A stretch of DNA of 63,379 nt, filler included, from Octopus bimaculoides (lineage: Eukaryota), in NCBI RefSeq assembly GCF_001194135.2. It is 5 parts of 5 records of this genome, joined end to end, with 100 filler letters (N's around TTAATTAATTAA, not from the genome) between each part and the next. Parts side by side here need not be neighbours in the genome. Positions count along the whole stretch, not along the records: positions 10,626 to 24,279 come from NC_068983.1; positions 24,380 to 42,847 come from NC_069002.1; 3 more parts are not named here. The stretch is one strand, 5' to 3'. The first letter of the stretch is position 1. Each line of letters begins with the position of its first letter. A program made the position numbers and the translations under genes. Shown here in pieces: positions 12,086 to 25,997 of this stretch. The notes under the pieces were generated by a model. That model saw nothing but the letters and a program-made list of their open reading frames with translations, was not told the DNA's origin and did not search any database.

Positions 12086-12619
12086 TGAATAATCGTTAAA
12101 AAAATAAATTTCTCTTATGTTTGTCATAACCTGTTCGATTCCCAAATTTTATTACGTTTTGAGTGATTTAATATATATTCTGTTTGCCTTCATTTCTCTT
12201 GGCAGATGCCTGACAAACTCATTCTGTTACTCGATGCGTCTAAATTTTCTCGCAAAGTCGCATCAGTTTAAATTAGCTAACAGAGCGGTTTTCGTGGAGA
12301 AACAGTGCTGCGTTGAGAATTACAAGCGTAATCATTTTTGCATGTTTGATATGCAAAACGATATGCACTTTTAAAAGATTAATTAGTGCTAATCCCTGGA
12401 TATTAGTAAATATTTAAACTATTTGCTTCAGTATGCGATCCACAATTTCTCTTATGACTCATTGAATCGGTTGAAAGGTTACGGAATTGTCTAATTTTTA
12501 AATGGCCAAACATCCTGCTTCCCTTAAGAAATAAACTAACTCCATATCCGGTATAGAATATATGTTCCTCTTTCGTTAACAAATATATTCAAAGCGCAAA
12601 TGTATACAAATATACACAC

Positions 12620-12790
12620 AGGCTTGGCTGTGCGGTATAAAGTTTCCTTCTCAATCACATGGCTCCGGCTTCATTTCTATTGCGTGGCAGCTTGGTCTAG
12701 TATCTTCTTCTACAGCCTCGGGTCAATCAAAGCTTTGTGAGTGGATCTTGTAGATGGAATCTGGAAGAAGCCTGTCGTATATACATACAT
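12620..12790 (+). mobile_element. SINE family A 5' half, ending in the (TA)/(TATG) tract
   Basis: ggctgtgcggtata..tgcgtggcagcttgg..agcctcgggtc..gaagaagcctgtcgtata. Confidence 0.85.
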
Positions 12791-12809
12791 ACATACACAC
12801 ACACAAACA

Positions 12810-12873
<64 letters not shown>

Positions 12874-13016
12874 TGTATGTATGTATGTATGTATAGTTGG
12901 AGTCCAAGTAAAGAATGTATGTAAAAATATATATTCAGTATTTGCAAAAACAAAAAATGATGTATAAGGAAAGAAAACACTGTAGGTGTAGACCAACTTT
13001 AATTCATAATCCATAT

Positions 13017-13866
13017 GTATAAATAAGTAACAAAGAGGTACAGATATCAATTTATTGCGGCTATTTCAAACGATTCTTTTAATTGATTAATGAAAACATT
13101 TCATCGTTGCAAAGAAACCGTTTTCGTCAGGTGACTGCATGAACTTCAAATATAAACGACAATTAGATTGATTTAACATAGTCACAACTCCACAGGGTTA
13201 CAATATTTACTTCGATTCTGCTGCTATCCAGTTGGTAGAATGATTTTACGAAATGGTTTATATCATATCAGAACAAATAGTGGTTAGTAGATGTTATAGT
13301 AGTGGGAAGAAATAATTGATATCAGTGACCCAGTTACCTATAGTTTAAAAGAAAACGAGGAGGATTGTTTCCAACCGTTTAGATTAAGTATTAGGGGAGT
13401 TGTACATGTATTCTTGTCAGTGGTGATAAACTAATACCCACTTCTGTAGATAGAGCTGGATGTGTTTGTTCCACCACGTATGGTAGTTAAGTAGGCATAC
13501 TTAATTCTAGACGGTTGGAAACAATCGTCCTTTTGTTTTGAACTATAGGTAACTGGGTGACTGATTTCAATTATTCCTTCCCACTACTATAAACTGTACT
13601 ATCCTCTAAATTCTATTTGTTCTGACATGGTATATACCATTTACTCAAATCCTTCTGCCAACTGAGAAGCAGCAGAATATTTTAGCTCTATGGAGTTGTG
13701 ACTATGTGGAATCAGTCGTATTGTCCTTTATGTTTGAAGTTCATGTAGTTGTCTGACGAAAACAGTTTCTTTCCAATGATGTAATGTTTTCATTTATCAT
13801 TTGAAGGAGTCGGTTGAAACGGCCATAGTTAATTGACAACTGTGCCTCTTTGTTATTCAGTTATAC
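13017..13866. mobile_element. Foldback/MITE-like element: about 370-bp inverted arms and a 105-bp spacer
   Basis: 13017-13391 aligns to the reverse complement of 13497-13866; about 20 mismatches in a 107-bp stretch aligned by eye (roughly 80 percent). No TSD identified. Confidence 0.85.
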
Positions 13867-14021
13867 TTTATTCACCTATCCAGAGATCGTTAAATAGAGG
13901 GAAATATGAGGAGTCATTTTGGAAAAGGAAGCAAATAAGGGGTACATAGGGAAATTGGAGAATGAATGTAGAAATAAAAATAAAAATGTATAAAGATGTT
14001 ATAGCTGCAGTTCCATTATCC

Positions 14022-14071
<50 letters not shown>

Positions 14072-14134
14072 CGACAGGCTTCTTACATGCACATATATAT
14101 GTATATGCCTGTGTATGTGCGTTTATGTGTCTTT

Positions 14135-14330
14135 GTGTCTGTGTTTGTCTCCTATCACCACTGAACAACAACTGTTGGTAAGTTTCCTCAGCGCTTCGGT
14201 AAAGCAGACCGAGAGAATAAGTATCAGTCTTAAAGAATATAAGCAACGACATTGATTCGGGCGACTAACATTCTTAAAGGTGGTGCCCCAGCTTGACCAT
14301 AGTCTGATCAATGAAAAAAGTAAATGATAA
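14135..14330 (+). mobile_element. SINE family A 3' half, degenerate
   Basis: gtgtctgtgtttgtc..cagaccgagagaataagta..aaggtggtgccccagc. Confidence 0.75.
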
Positions 14331-14582
14331 ATGCAATCTTAATTTTTCAAACGCCTTAACTGCTGGCTGGTTGTTACAAATGTTGGACATTACCGTCAGT
14401 AAGGGATTCTTCTTTCGACCATATATTTTTAATTCAGCTCCAACTGTATCTCGTATAATGGTCTTCCTTTGCACGAGTCAAGCACAATTGGTCCAATCTC
14501 ACTACGGCAGTTTTCTTGTCGTAGATATGAGAAATAAGATAACTTGTCAAGTAATCGATTATTTTTTTTTGTTTTATAAACC

Positions 14583-14795
14583 GGCGAGCTGGAGGAAATC
14601 GTTAGCACGCCAGACGAAATGCTTAACCGCATTTCGTCCGTTTTTACGTTCTGGATTCAAATTCCGCCGACGTCGACTTTGCTTGTCTTTCTTCCGTGGT
14701 CGATAATATAAGTACCTGTTGAGTACTGGAATCGATGTAGTGGACTTACTCCCTCCCCCGAAATTACTGGCTTTGTGCCAAAATTTAAAAACAGA
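14583..14795 (+). mobile_element. tRNA-derived SINE family B, best copy
   Basis: ggcgagctggaggaaatcgttagc (A-box-like), ggattcaaattcc (B-box-like); body shared with at least seven other copies in the window. Confidence 0.9.
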
Positions 14796-17700
14796 TTATT
14801 GATTGATTTTTGTTTTTAGGAAAAATTGCAAATAAGAAATCAAGTATTGCAAAAATATTTATACTTGTAAAAAGATATCTGTCAAAATTTATGTACAGTT
14901 CTATCTTCAACAAAATAGGTGTTACTAGAGCGAAGGAGCTCATTATTAAGCAGCTTACAATATGAACATTCTAAGCTCTGCGTCACATTAAGACTTGCCA
15001 AATAGCAGAATATTTAAAAGTTACCAAAATTATGTTTTAGTCATATTTTCATTAGAATATTGACACATGAAATGTAGTTGTCTATTTCTTCATCTCCAAA
15101 AATAAGTGACCTGATCAAATATGAATACAAATATTGACATAGATACTCTAGTTCCTTTAAATAATTTGTATATTTTCCAAAATATTGATTCTCTTAATGC
15201 TTTATCAATACTTTAACCTGTATTTTTCTATGTATTATATTTATTTTATTTAGAGTAAAAGAAAGTAAAATTATAAAGTCTGACAATTGACATGAGTTGG
15301 CAGCGGTGTGTTGGGTTGCGACCAGTAAGCCGCATCCAACTTTTTCACTCACCTTCCACAGGGCCAGCAATTCATTCAGTGTACAACAATTACTGACCTA
15401 CAAAGCTCAGATGAGAATTTACAATGGCATATTTCCCCAGTTCTCGTTTGAATATTGGTATTGACGAAATAATACATACATACACACATACATATATTCT
15501 ACGTCACATTAACAATAATCACGCATCTAATTGACATGAAGTGGTTCACTAACACAGTTAAACCTATGACTCACAACACAGATTAGTCTTCATTCTGCCT
15601 TTTTTTACTGCTATGCTTTTATAATGCTGATGAATCTCGCTACACACCTATTAGGCTTCTTCATGTATTGTCCACCACTTTGCACCATTTCCTTTGGGAA
15701 ATCATTTGTCTTTTAATTCTTTTCAGAACATTAACTCTGAAACAAATCCTTTATTACTGTAGGCATTAACTTACAGCTATTCTAGAGGACTATTATCACT
15801 ATGACATCACCTGTCCTAGCACGCATGTGAAACCAATGGGCAAAGCCCCTTTCTCTAGGACAAACCACTAAGAACTAAATAAACATACTTTTTTCCTTAT
15901 TTTAAATCATCATCAATGACAAATTTTCCAAAGTCACTTTATATCACTGTAAAGTGTCTAATCTCTCAAATTATTTACTTTTAATTAGAAAAAAACAATT
16001 TAGTATTTAAACTAGATTTAAGTTTTTTGCATATTCAATTAATCGGTTAAATAGTTGTTACTAAATGGTGGCGAGTTTGGAAAACAATTTAATAATTCGA
16101 ATTATGAAATTATTCTGTATTCATTTAAGTAGAAATCGCCGTATAAGGAATTTAAATTTGCTTTATATAAGGTTGGGCTAAGTACATTTTCTCGGGTAGA
16201 ACTAAAATAAGACATTTGTCAACCTTGGGTAAAATAAGCATATTTATGTAGTCAGTGTTGCAGAGAAGACAAGTCACAGAGAGTTCCCAAGCGCAACCTC
16301 TTTACCAGTTAGAGATAATTGCTACATATCTCCTTAAATGATATTAACACATTAATGAGCAGCTTTATTGATAATATAGATGTAGATACAACAAGTCTCA
16401 TAAAAATGTATGATGGGTATGTCGGTTGAATCAGTGCTGATTTTGTGCTAAAAAGTATCAAAAGAGCGATACAATTCTTATCAATGTCAAAAGTACGTTA
16501 ATTAAAATTGATTGTGTGTAAATCAAAGTTTAGGTTGTATTAAGTGAAATTATAAGATATATTTTAAATTATAAGATATATTGCTGAGCATATTTCCGTA
16601 GATGGAGTCATAATATCACAGATAATTTTTTTCATTTTGGGTGCATACTGCTTATGTTGACGGAATCAATTATTAGAAAGTCATTGACTATTTCCCTTTT
16701 ATCTGTAGAACCACGAAAATAGTTAATGCTGTTCTTTGTCTCACTAAAACTAAGCTGAGTGATATCCGTTACGTAGAATTCCTTTTATTTGCTTGTCGGA
16801 CGCATATGATCAGGTCATGCAAGTACTTTATACAACAAAGTATTTTAGAGCAAACTGGCATATAAAAGATTATATCCAATCACTTCCGAAACTGAATATT
16901 GCTACATAATTGTGATAGTACACATAATATCCAAGCCAATACAATTGAACGGTTGTTTTAGATGTCATATCATAAGTAAAAAGCGACGTTGGATTATGTC
17001 ACATAACTTACTTGCAGCCTCTCAGCCATATATGTTGTTATTTAGACAAATAATAACTTGTTTGAGCAGAACTATTATCAGATGCATTGAAACTGCATCC
17101 ATTTGGTTTTTTCTATGTATGCACGAATATCTTATATGTTGCTATTTAAAAGAAAAGCGAGGTGTATTGGTAGAATCGTTAGAGAGTCATCCTCAGCATT
17201 TGAAAAAAATTAAGTACTCGTCATGTGCTGGACCATGTAAATTGACTGATCAAGTCGCTCATAATGTTGGTCTTATGCATATGTGCAAGATTATTTGGCA
17301 CAGAATTGAGAATTTGAAGGAGATTTGGCTACTCGTTATTGAGTGACGAACAATGACATAGATCAGGCTGGTTTATTAAATTTCTATGCCGACTTCAAGA
17401 ACGAACACCAAAATCATTAGGGAACGATTTACGTTTTAAAGTAATACATAATATTTAACTATTTCTTCTTGAAAATACAATTATATTTCATGTTTCATGT
17501 CGAAATTAGACCTTTTTGCTAACCTGTTCTGAAGTAGTTCATACTGCTGCTTCTCTGGAAACATGTTAGCAATGCTATTACGTTTTGCTTGGAAGTGAAA
17601 AACAAATATGAATTGTTTTCATATCCGTCAGGCGATGTGCATGCTTCAGTTCAAGTGAGATTGGGACCCTGAGCATGAGTTGGGGGATCTTGTCATTCAG

Positions 17701-18186
17701 TCTCAACAATTCGTTCAGAAGCAGAAACGTCTTCCTAATTAAATATACATCGAAGTGTTTCGCATCGTTTTCTGAAGATCGTCTACTGAGTGTATGCATA
17801 ACATCGTAGTTGGATAGTGTGAAGAGAACTGTCGAGAAATAATATATTATACGGATTGGTAGCATAAATATAGAAGAAAAAAACAAGTGAAATTTGCGAC
17901 TTGGGAGTGTTTCATTTCAGGGATTGCGTCTCTAGTGCATCTAGTGATCGGTTTCTCATTTACTACATATTTTACAGTATCTACATTTTAGAGTTTATAT
18001 AATTTGAAAAGCAATTTTCGAAGGGCAATTTTCAGATATGTCAGTTGTACTATTCGTTGATAGCATTTTCATTTGTATCTTTAAAACATATGTATCTCTC
18101 CAGAAGTTATATTTGTAGCAATGAGTTTATGCACACTTCTGGTAAAAGATCGACATTATCAACAAACGTAATTTTCCTTCAAGTAA

Positions 18187-18255
<69 letters not shown>

Positions 18256-20322
18256 NNNNNNNNNNNNNNNNNNNNNNNNNNNNNNNNNNNNNNNNNNNNN
18301 NNNNNNNNNNNNNNNNNNNNNNNNNNNNNNNNNNNNNNNNNNNNNNNNNNNNNNNNNNNNNNNNNNNNNNNNNNNNNNNNNNNNNNNNNNNNNNNNNNNN
18401 NNNNNNNNNNNNNNNNNNNNNNNNNNNNNNNNNNNNNNNNNNNNNNNNNNNNNNNNNNNNNNNNNNNNNNNNNNNNNNNNNNNNNNNNNNNNNNNNNNNN
18501 NNNNNNNNNNNNNNNNNNNNNNNNNNNNNNNNNNNNNNNNNNNNNNNNNNNNNNNNNNNNNNNNNNNNNNNNNNNNNNNNNNNNNNNNNNNNNNNNNNNN
18601 NNNNNNNNNNNNNNNNNNNNNNNNNNNNNNNNNNNNNNNNNNNNNNNNNNNNNNNNNNNNNNNNNNNNNNNNNNNNNNNNNNNNNNNNNNNNNNNNNNNN
18701 NNNNNNNNNNNNNNNNNNNNNNNNNNNNNNNNNNNNNNNNNNNNNNNNNNNNNNNNNNNNNNNNNNNNNNNNNNNNNNNNNNNNNNNNNNNNNNNNNNNN
18801 NNNNNNNNNNNNNNNNNNNNNNNNNNNNNNNNNNNNNNNNNNNNNNNNNNNNNNNNNNNNNNNNNNNNNNNNNNNNNNNNNNNNNNNNNNNNNNNNNNNN
18901 NNNNNNNNNNNNNNNNNNNNNNNNNNNNNNNNNNNNNNNNNNNNNNNNNNNNNNNNNNNNNNNNNNNNNNNNNNNNNNNNNNNNNNNNNNNNNNNNNNNN
19001 NNNNNNNNNNNNNNNNNNNNNNNNNNNNNNNNNNNNNNNNNNNNNNNNNNNNNNNNNNNNNNNNNNNNNNNNNNGCCCATGTGCGTGTGTTGTTTATGCC
19101 CATGTGTGTGTGATTGCATGCGTGTCTGTGTGAGTGTGTAGTGTTGGTGAGAAGTGTGTGTGCGTGTGTGTGTATGTGGGTGTGTGCGTGTGTGTATATT
19201 TTTTGTGCGTGCGTGTATGTGTATATTGTGTATGTTTTCGTGCGTGCGTGTGTGTTATGTATGTGAGTGAGTATTGTGTATGTGAGAGGTGTGTGTGCGT
19301 GTGTGCATGTGTGTATATGTGTATGCGTGCATGTGTGTATATGTATATGTGTGTTGTGTATGTGTGTGTTGTGTATGTGTGTGTGTACATACATATATCA
19401 TATTATTTGATTCTTTTTTTGCATTTTTGCTCAAAATTTGCAGCCATGCAGAGGATCTATGTGTGTATATGCGTGTGTATGCGCGCGCGCGCTTATGTAG
19501 ATATGTATGTATATATGCAAGCTTAATGTGACGCTTTAAGCATATTCCATTTTTCGGTTATCCAATCATATGCATTCTGTCGACACTGGCTTTTCTTCTG
19601 TTAGCTAACAAATTCAATTTGCATGGAGACGTGTTTTACAATAGAAATTTCTTCATACCATTAAACACTCTCATACTCTGACATTAGTATTTAGAATACA
19701 ACTAAAATTGAAATGAATTATTATGTCATCTGTTGATATTCATATATTTTCAAGATCTGTTGAGACAGGAATTTTAATAGAGGGTTGTTGTTATTTTAAC
19801 TGACATACTTATAATATTATTAATACAATGATGGGTTGTTACTATCACATTATAGTTGATCATTTAAAAATCTCCTTAAAAGATGCGTGAAAAATTATCA
19901 ATTGTCTGAGAATGTTAAGTATATCATGATTTTGAAAGTATTTTTCAAATATAAATATCTGCTTCATTATTGCATGCCATTAAAAGAAGCTATTTATTTT
20001 CAAGTGACAAGTTTTTTTACGTTATTGCTTTTTCTTATTATTAAGAATTATTTTCCTGGAATATACAATTATTTCTCTTTATAAAATGAAAGCAATCAAC
20101 ACGAAAGCACATTAAAAATATTACGTAAAATTCAGTCATATATATGTATATATATATATGTAAGGTTGAGGAGGGTATTGGATTTCTACACGGATATTTA
20201 CCACTGGAATGAAACTACTCTTCAAGTACTGTTCTCTCTTCTTTCAGCACATCACACTCTTTACCACTTCATACTAAAAATATCCGCCTATGGATATAAT
20301 AATAGATAACTTTATTTTTTCT

Positions 20323-20371
20323 GTCTCCGATGAAGGGAAGTACTGGATCTTCCCAGAAACAGCTGTAAGAC
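20323..20371 (+). ncRNA. Degenerate minimal hammerhead ribozyme motif (U4C)
   Basis: gtct CCGATGA a gggaag-tactggat-cttccc a GAAA c-agct-g T A agac. Stem I gtct/agac, stem II 6 bp, palindromic acagctgt, GUA triplet. Confidence 0.55.
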
Positions 20372-20613
20372 TCTATCCATAAAATTCTTCAACCTTACCT
20401 TTGCTCTCTTTATCCTTTTGTTTTTATATATTTACATNNNNNNNNNNNNNNNNNNNNNNNNNNNNNNNNNNNNNNNNNNNNNNNNNNNNNNNNNNNNNNN
20501 NNNNNNNNNNNNNNNNNNNNNNNNNNNNNNNNNNNNNNNNNNNNNNNNNNNNNNNNNNNNNNNNNNNNNNNNNNNNNNNNNNNNNNNNNNNNNNNNNNNN
20601 NNNNNNNNNNNNN

Positions 20614-20646
<33 letters not shown>

Positions 20647-23065
20647 GTGTGTGTGCGCCTATGTGTGTCTGTCTGTGTTTGCGTGTGACTGTGAGTGCAT
20701 GTGAGTGTACATATTTTTTGTTTATGCACTCGCACAGGCTCTCATGGAGGCGCAAACACACACTCACACACACACACACACACATATACATATATGTCGT
20801 AAAAATGTAATGGTATTGGACTTGTCCACCGTCCCCCTATTGCAGATGATGGAATGACCCCGAGATATGCATCCTAACTACGAAGATGCAAACACACCAA
20901 TTTGGTGATTTGTAAGGAGCTGCGCAGCAAGACTTGCAGACTCATCATGGGGCAGAAATGAAGTCGCAATAGACATTGTAATTACAATTCTTAGAATCTG
21001 GAAGCATCTTGCCAGAGATATACATACTATCGCTTTACTTATAATTGTCGTGATCGTGTTAGATAGTAGAGGCTTCAAATATTCAGATAGTCTTTTTTCG
21101 TAATTGTGATGCCTACACACACTCGAAATGCGATGCTGTCTATAAAATTTATAATAAAATCTGCTTATTCATCTCATACTTTCTAGGAAACTACTTCTAA
21201 CAATAAGTTCTCCCTATCCTTATCCAACATAAAGCTAGGAAGAAACGCATCTAAATAGTTTTAAGATTCTGGAACGACAGAAATATTTGGAATACAGTCA
21301 AATCTGGAATGCTCAAAGAGGGAGCTGCCATGGTTCACAGGAAATTGATGTTGCGTATTAGATAGTGTTGTACTGAAAGAAAACCGATGGTTGCAAAAAT
21401 AAATTTCCATCTTGTTCTCAGAACATGGCGATCCTGAACGGAGTGAAACTGTTGTTGATTTACTTAGCTCTTTCCATTGCTCAGGAAAATGGTGTTGCTT
21501 TCTGTTGCTATGCCCCAATAGGCTTGTGAAGATGAGAATAATATGGCAGATGTTTGGTTAATTTTAATGAAATTTGCTTGAAATTTGTAAAGGTATTAAA
21601 TATGAAGGACGATTTCTGCCCTTTACTACGTACTCACCTGAGTACAGCAACACATACGCCGCTAACCTTAAATGATTTTTAATGCCAGGCAGGGAAGAGA
21701 TTTTTTAAGCATAAAAAATGGCGAAACATCGTTTTCATACGAAAAATGTCAGCTCCCTTAAGCATTTTTTACTAGCTCTAGTCATCAAATATTATTCAGT
21801 GTTTACAAGCCTCTCCCGATTACCGGAAAGACGAACTTACAGTTGTACGGGTCCCCTAATGATGCCTGCTCCACTGGTCATATATTGTTTATGAGACTGT
21901 AAAGCAAGAATATTGTCAGAAATTCAATAGAAAAAATGGCTGTCAGCTTGAAAATTCCAAAGAGTAATGTGTAATTTTAGGGAATATGAGTAAGTTTCAA
22001 ATATTAGTCTACATTGCATCAGTAAATACTTTCTGTGAGCAATTAGATGAAACATTCTACAAAACAGAATTCTTAAAGAATCTACTCACAAAATATAGGT
22101 GTTTGGATAGATTTGTGAGGATAATTAGAAGAAATCCACAATGGTCATTCTCTCGGAAACAATAGTTTGGCCTCATTTCCGACCATTCATGGAGTAAGTC
22201 AAATTTCTCTAGCCGCTGAAACGTGACTTGCACTACCTTTTTGTCCTGTGCTTGTAAACATGGCGTTTCAGCGCACGTCGACGTGAAATTTTACGCACAG
22301 AAAAGGAAAAGAAAATAGTGGTCAATTGAAACCATTTCAGGAACGCCCAACTAAAAACATAGACCACATCCTCATTCACAAACTTCTTTTGACTGATCAC
22401 AGTGTTTTGTGGAGGTTCATTTAGTAAAAGACTTTCAGAAAATAATACATCATATTGAATGTGTAGTGCCATCCTATGGACTACAAATCATCGCACCAGA
22501 AATTGAATTCTTGTGTCAACGTGAACCTAAAATGCTGTAGCATGAACCTCAAGACATCCCGTTTGCAATTTGTCATCAAATGCACATATTTGTATTGTAC
22601 AAATTTTGATGAAACAGCAAAACCAAAGGGTTGCTTTATTGCGTCTGATTTGCAATCCTCCACTTTCAGTAAGCTCACTTCGTTGATGACTTGCGCAGAG
22701 CACCGAGTAATTGAAGCTAATGTAATGCCTGCTCTAACACGAGACATATGTTGTAATAAACTGATACATTCTTTGTTTGAGAAAATATCTACGTGATCCG
22801 ATACTGAACGATAAAAGGCAAATATTTTGGTTAAATCTTGCTTCGAATATTCTTCAACACACCATCCACCTAAAGATGAGAAAGTATTAAGTCAGTTAAA
22901 AATTTTAGGTAATGCGAAGCTAAGTCAACCAGTTATTGTATAGTAGCAACTCAACTAAATTTTGCTGAGTGCTTATTTGACTTCTGTGCATATTTAAACA
23001 CACACGCGCGCGCACGCACACACACACACATGCACATATGTATATACATACATGTATATGTCTGT

Positions 23066-23106
<41 letters not shown>

Positions 23107-23107
<1 letters not shown>

Positions 23108-23317
23108 GAAGTATATTTGCCACTTAAATGCGGCTGAACCCTAAGGGTAGATGTTACTGTTGCTTTTAGCCCCAGGAGAACATCTCCTCCAGTTGGCTAT
23201 TGACACACATCTGTATCATGTCAATAGCCAGCTGGAAGTGATGTTCTCCTGGGGTTAAAAGCAACAGTAACATCCACCCTTAGGGTTCAGCCGCATTTAA
23301 GTGGCAAATATACTTCA
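23107..23317. repeat. Near-perfect palindrome with 99-bp arms and a 13-nt loop, between (TA)n tracts
   Basis: 23107-23205 versus reverse complement of 23219-23317: 5 mismatches in 99. Confidence 0.97.
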
Positions 23318-23358
23318 CGTTGTTGTGCAGTTACTGTTAATACCTCGTTCAGAGATTT

Positions 23359-23403
<45 letters not shown>

Positions 23404-23973
23404 TAAGAGAGACAGACAGTGACAGCAAGGGAGAGAGAGAGAGGAAGACAGTCAGAGAGTGAGAGAGATAGGAGAAATATTAGATATATACACATACTGT
23501 GCACATTATAAAGAAACTGCGATTGAGATCTTGTTTGAACCACCGCTCATCAAACATATTCTATCAAATAAAGGTTTGAAAGTCTTTAATTTTACCAAAG
23601 AGAAATGTGAAAGCAAGACGTAATAACTATACATTATTTGATTAAAACAAGTTACATATTAAAAGCTTTTACAGCATAAAAATTAGTAACTGTCGATGAT
23701 CCAGTGAATAGACAATGCAGGTAGCCAAATGTAATTGTATGACAAAGTGACCTGCCCCATTAACAAAAAGCACTTAGCAAGAACGATTATATTTGGACTA
23801 AAGGCAATATTTAAGGATGGTAGAAATACAGAAATAAAAAAATAATTTTCTTGTCATTTGCAAAGACAGCAATAAAATGTGTTCCTGAACTATAAATCCA
23901 TTTTGAAAGAAGCAAAGGCACAGCACCAATGCATTTAGGTTAATATGTATGACAATGTGTTCAATATGCTTCC

Positions 23974-24020
<47 letters not shown>
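23974..24020. repeat. (TTA)n microsatellite
   Basis: Direct reading. Confidence 0.97.
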
Positions 24021-24021
<1 letters not shown>

Positions 24022-24279
24022 GTCAAAATTAAAAGAAGAGTGCCATTTGCTATCTTGTGAACAATATTTCGACATCTCGCGTGTTTTCCACTGGTTCAAA
24101 AAATAAATTTGTCAATCTACTTCATTTTGGTTAATATAGAAAGGATTGAGGTAACTCCTCCTGAAGATATAGAGTCAAAATTAAAAGAAGAGTGCCATTT
24201 GCTATCTTGTGAACAATATTTCGACATCTCGCGTGTCTTCCACTGGTTCAAAAAATAAATTTGTCAATCTACTTCATTT
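24021..24279 (-). repeat. Tandem 152-bp unit (about 1.7 copies, running into a gap); each unit carries a degenerate minus-strand hammerhead-like motif
   Basis: agtcaaaattaaaagaagag at 24021 and 24173. Motif at 24058-24098 and 24210-24250: tgaac cagtgga a gaca..tgtc GAAA t-a T T gttca (second copy; the first has aaca). Confidence 0.75.
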
Positions 24280-24394
24280 NNNNNNNNNNNNNNNNNNNNN
24301 NNNNNNNNNNNNNNNNNNNNNNNTTAATTAATTAANNNNNNNNNNNNNNNNNNNNNNNNNNNNNNNNNNNNNNNNNNNNATATATGTAGATATA

Positions 24395-24439
<45 letters not shown>

Positions 24440-25148
24440 ATACATACATATATGTGCGTGTTTACTGGGTCTTTGGAGTTATAAAGGTTATAAAGGTTAT
24501 AAAGGACACAGGTTTCGTGTGTCACATAGCTAGCTAGAGGCGATGGCTTCTTGGAGCTAATTCACGGCAGCTTTCGTCCTAATTTTGGGACTGCCATGTT
24601 GGCTTGGCGATAACTATTAATTTCCAGTACCGCTGCCGTAGTCTCCTTTAGAGAGACTTAGAAATATTAATAACTCTATTTCTGAAAACCAGTGGATAGA
24701 TTCCACTGAAATTAGATAAATAACCTTCGAGCAGATATATAATTGCAAAATCTCAGAGTAGTAACCATACTAACAAGTAAAATTAATCACTACATTAAAG
24801 TAGCTCTTCCATGGTACTAATTAAACCCCAGGTAGATCTTCTGCCAGCTGGTTATACATGCATGGCCAGATATATATGATAACATATTCTATATCTGGGC
24901 GCAAAGATTTTCCTTTGTTGGCGGGTTTACATAGAAATAAAACCCAGTTGATACGTTTGTGGACGGACAAAGAGAATCGTAAATATGCATTGCTCTCGTA
25001 CCGATGTAATACAACCCAAGTTACAGATGATATATATAGGTATGCCTATACACATTCCTATGAATGCAATATATATATATAACAGTATATGTGTATGCAT
25101 TAGTACAGCTCTATATCAGTCTATCCTTCTATGTATTTCACTCTCGCC

Positions 25149-25200
<52 letters not shown>

Positions 25201-25955
25201 CTGTGTCATCTCTCACTTGAAATCACTCCCTTCTATCCATTATTTTGTCATTGAANNNNNNNNNNNNNNNNNNNNNNNNNNNNNNNNNNNNNNNNNNNNN
25301 NNNNNNNNNNNNNNNNNNNNNNNNNNNNNNNNNNNNNNNNNNNNNNNNNNNNNNNNNNNNNNNNNNNNNNNNNNNNNNNNNNNNNNNNNNNNNNNNNNNN
25401 NNNNNNNNNNNNNNNNNNNNNNNNNNNNNNNNNNNNNNNNNNNNNNNNNNNNNNNNNNNNNNNNNNNNNNNNNNNNNNNNNNNNNNNNNNNNNNNNNNNN
25501 NNNNNNNNNNNNNNNNNNNNNNNNNNNNNNNNNNNNNNNNNNNNNNNNNNNNNNNNNNNNNNNNNNNNNNNNNNNNNNNNNNNNNNNNNNNNNNNNNNNN
25601 NNNNNNNNNNNNNNNNNNNNNNNNNNNNNNNNNNNNNNNNNNNNNNNNNNNNNNNNNNNNNNNNNNNNNNNNNNNNNNNNNNNNNNNNNNNNNNNNNNNN
25701 NNNNNNNNNNNNNNNNNNNNNNNNNNNNNNNNNNNNNNNNNNNNNNNNNNNNNNNNNNNNNNNNNNNNNNNNNNNNNNNNNNNNNNNNNNNNNNNNNNNN
25801 NNNNNNNNNNNNNNNNNNNNNNNNNNNNNNNNNNNNNNNNNNNNNNNNNNNNNNNNNNNNNNNNNNNNNNNNNNNNNNNNNNNNNNNNNNNNNNNNNNNN
25901 NNNNNNNNNNNNNNNNNNNNNNNNNNNNNNNNNNNNNNNNNNNNNNNNNNNNNNN

Positions 25956-25997
<42 letters not shown>

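Noticed and set aside
14071-14084. 14-bp inverted SINE family A fragment
   Set aside because: Too short to interpret as a real inversion.
15362-15460. Strong acceptor plus an open frame ASNSFSVQQLLTYKAQMRIYNGIFPQFSFEY
   Set aside because: Weak donor, no partner exon, and an equally plausible signal on the opposite strand.
17578-17886. 102-aa minus-strand ORF
   Set aside because: No recognisable domain or linked exons; the length is within chance.
20878-21120. RLSEYLKPLLSN resembling a PLE RT motif
   Set aside because: The expected downstream SFDVxSLF motif was not found.
22476-22796. HRVIEANVM resembling a Helitron Pif1 motif
   Set aside because: A single weak match with no flanking helicase motifs.
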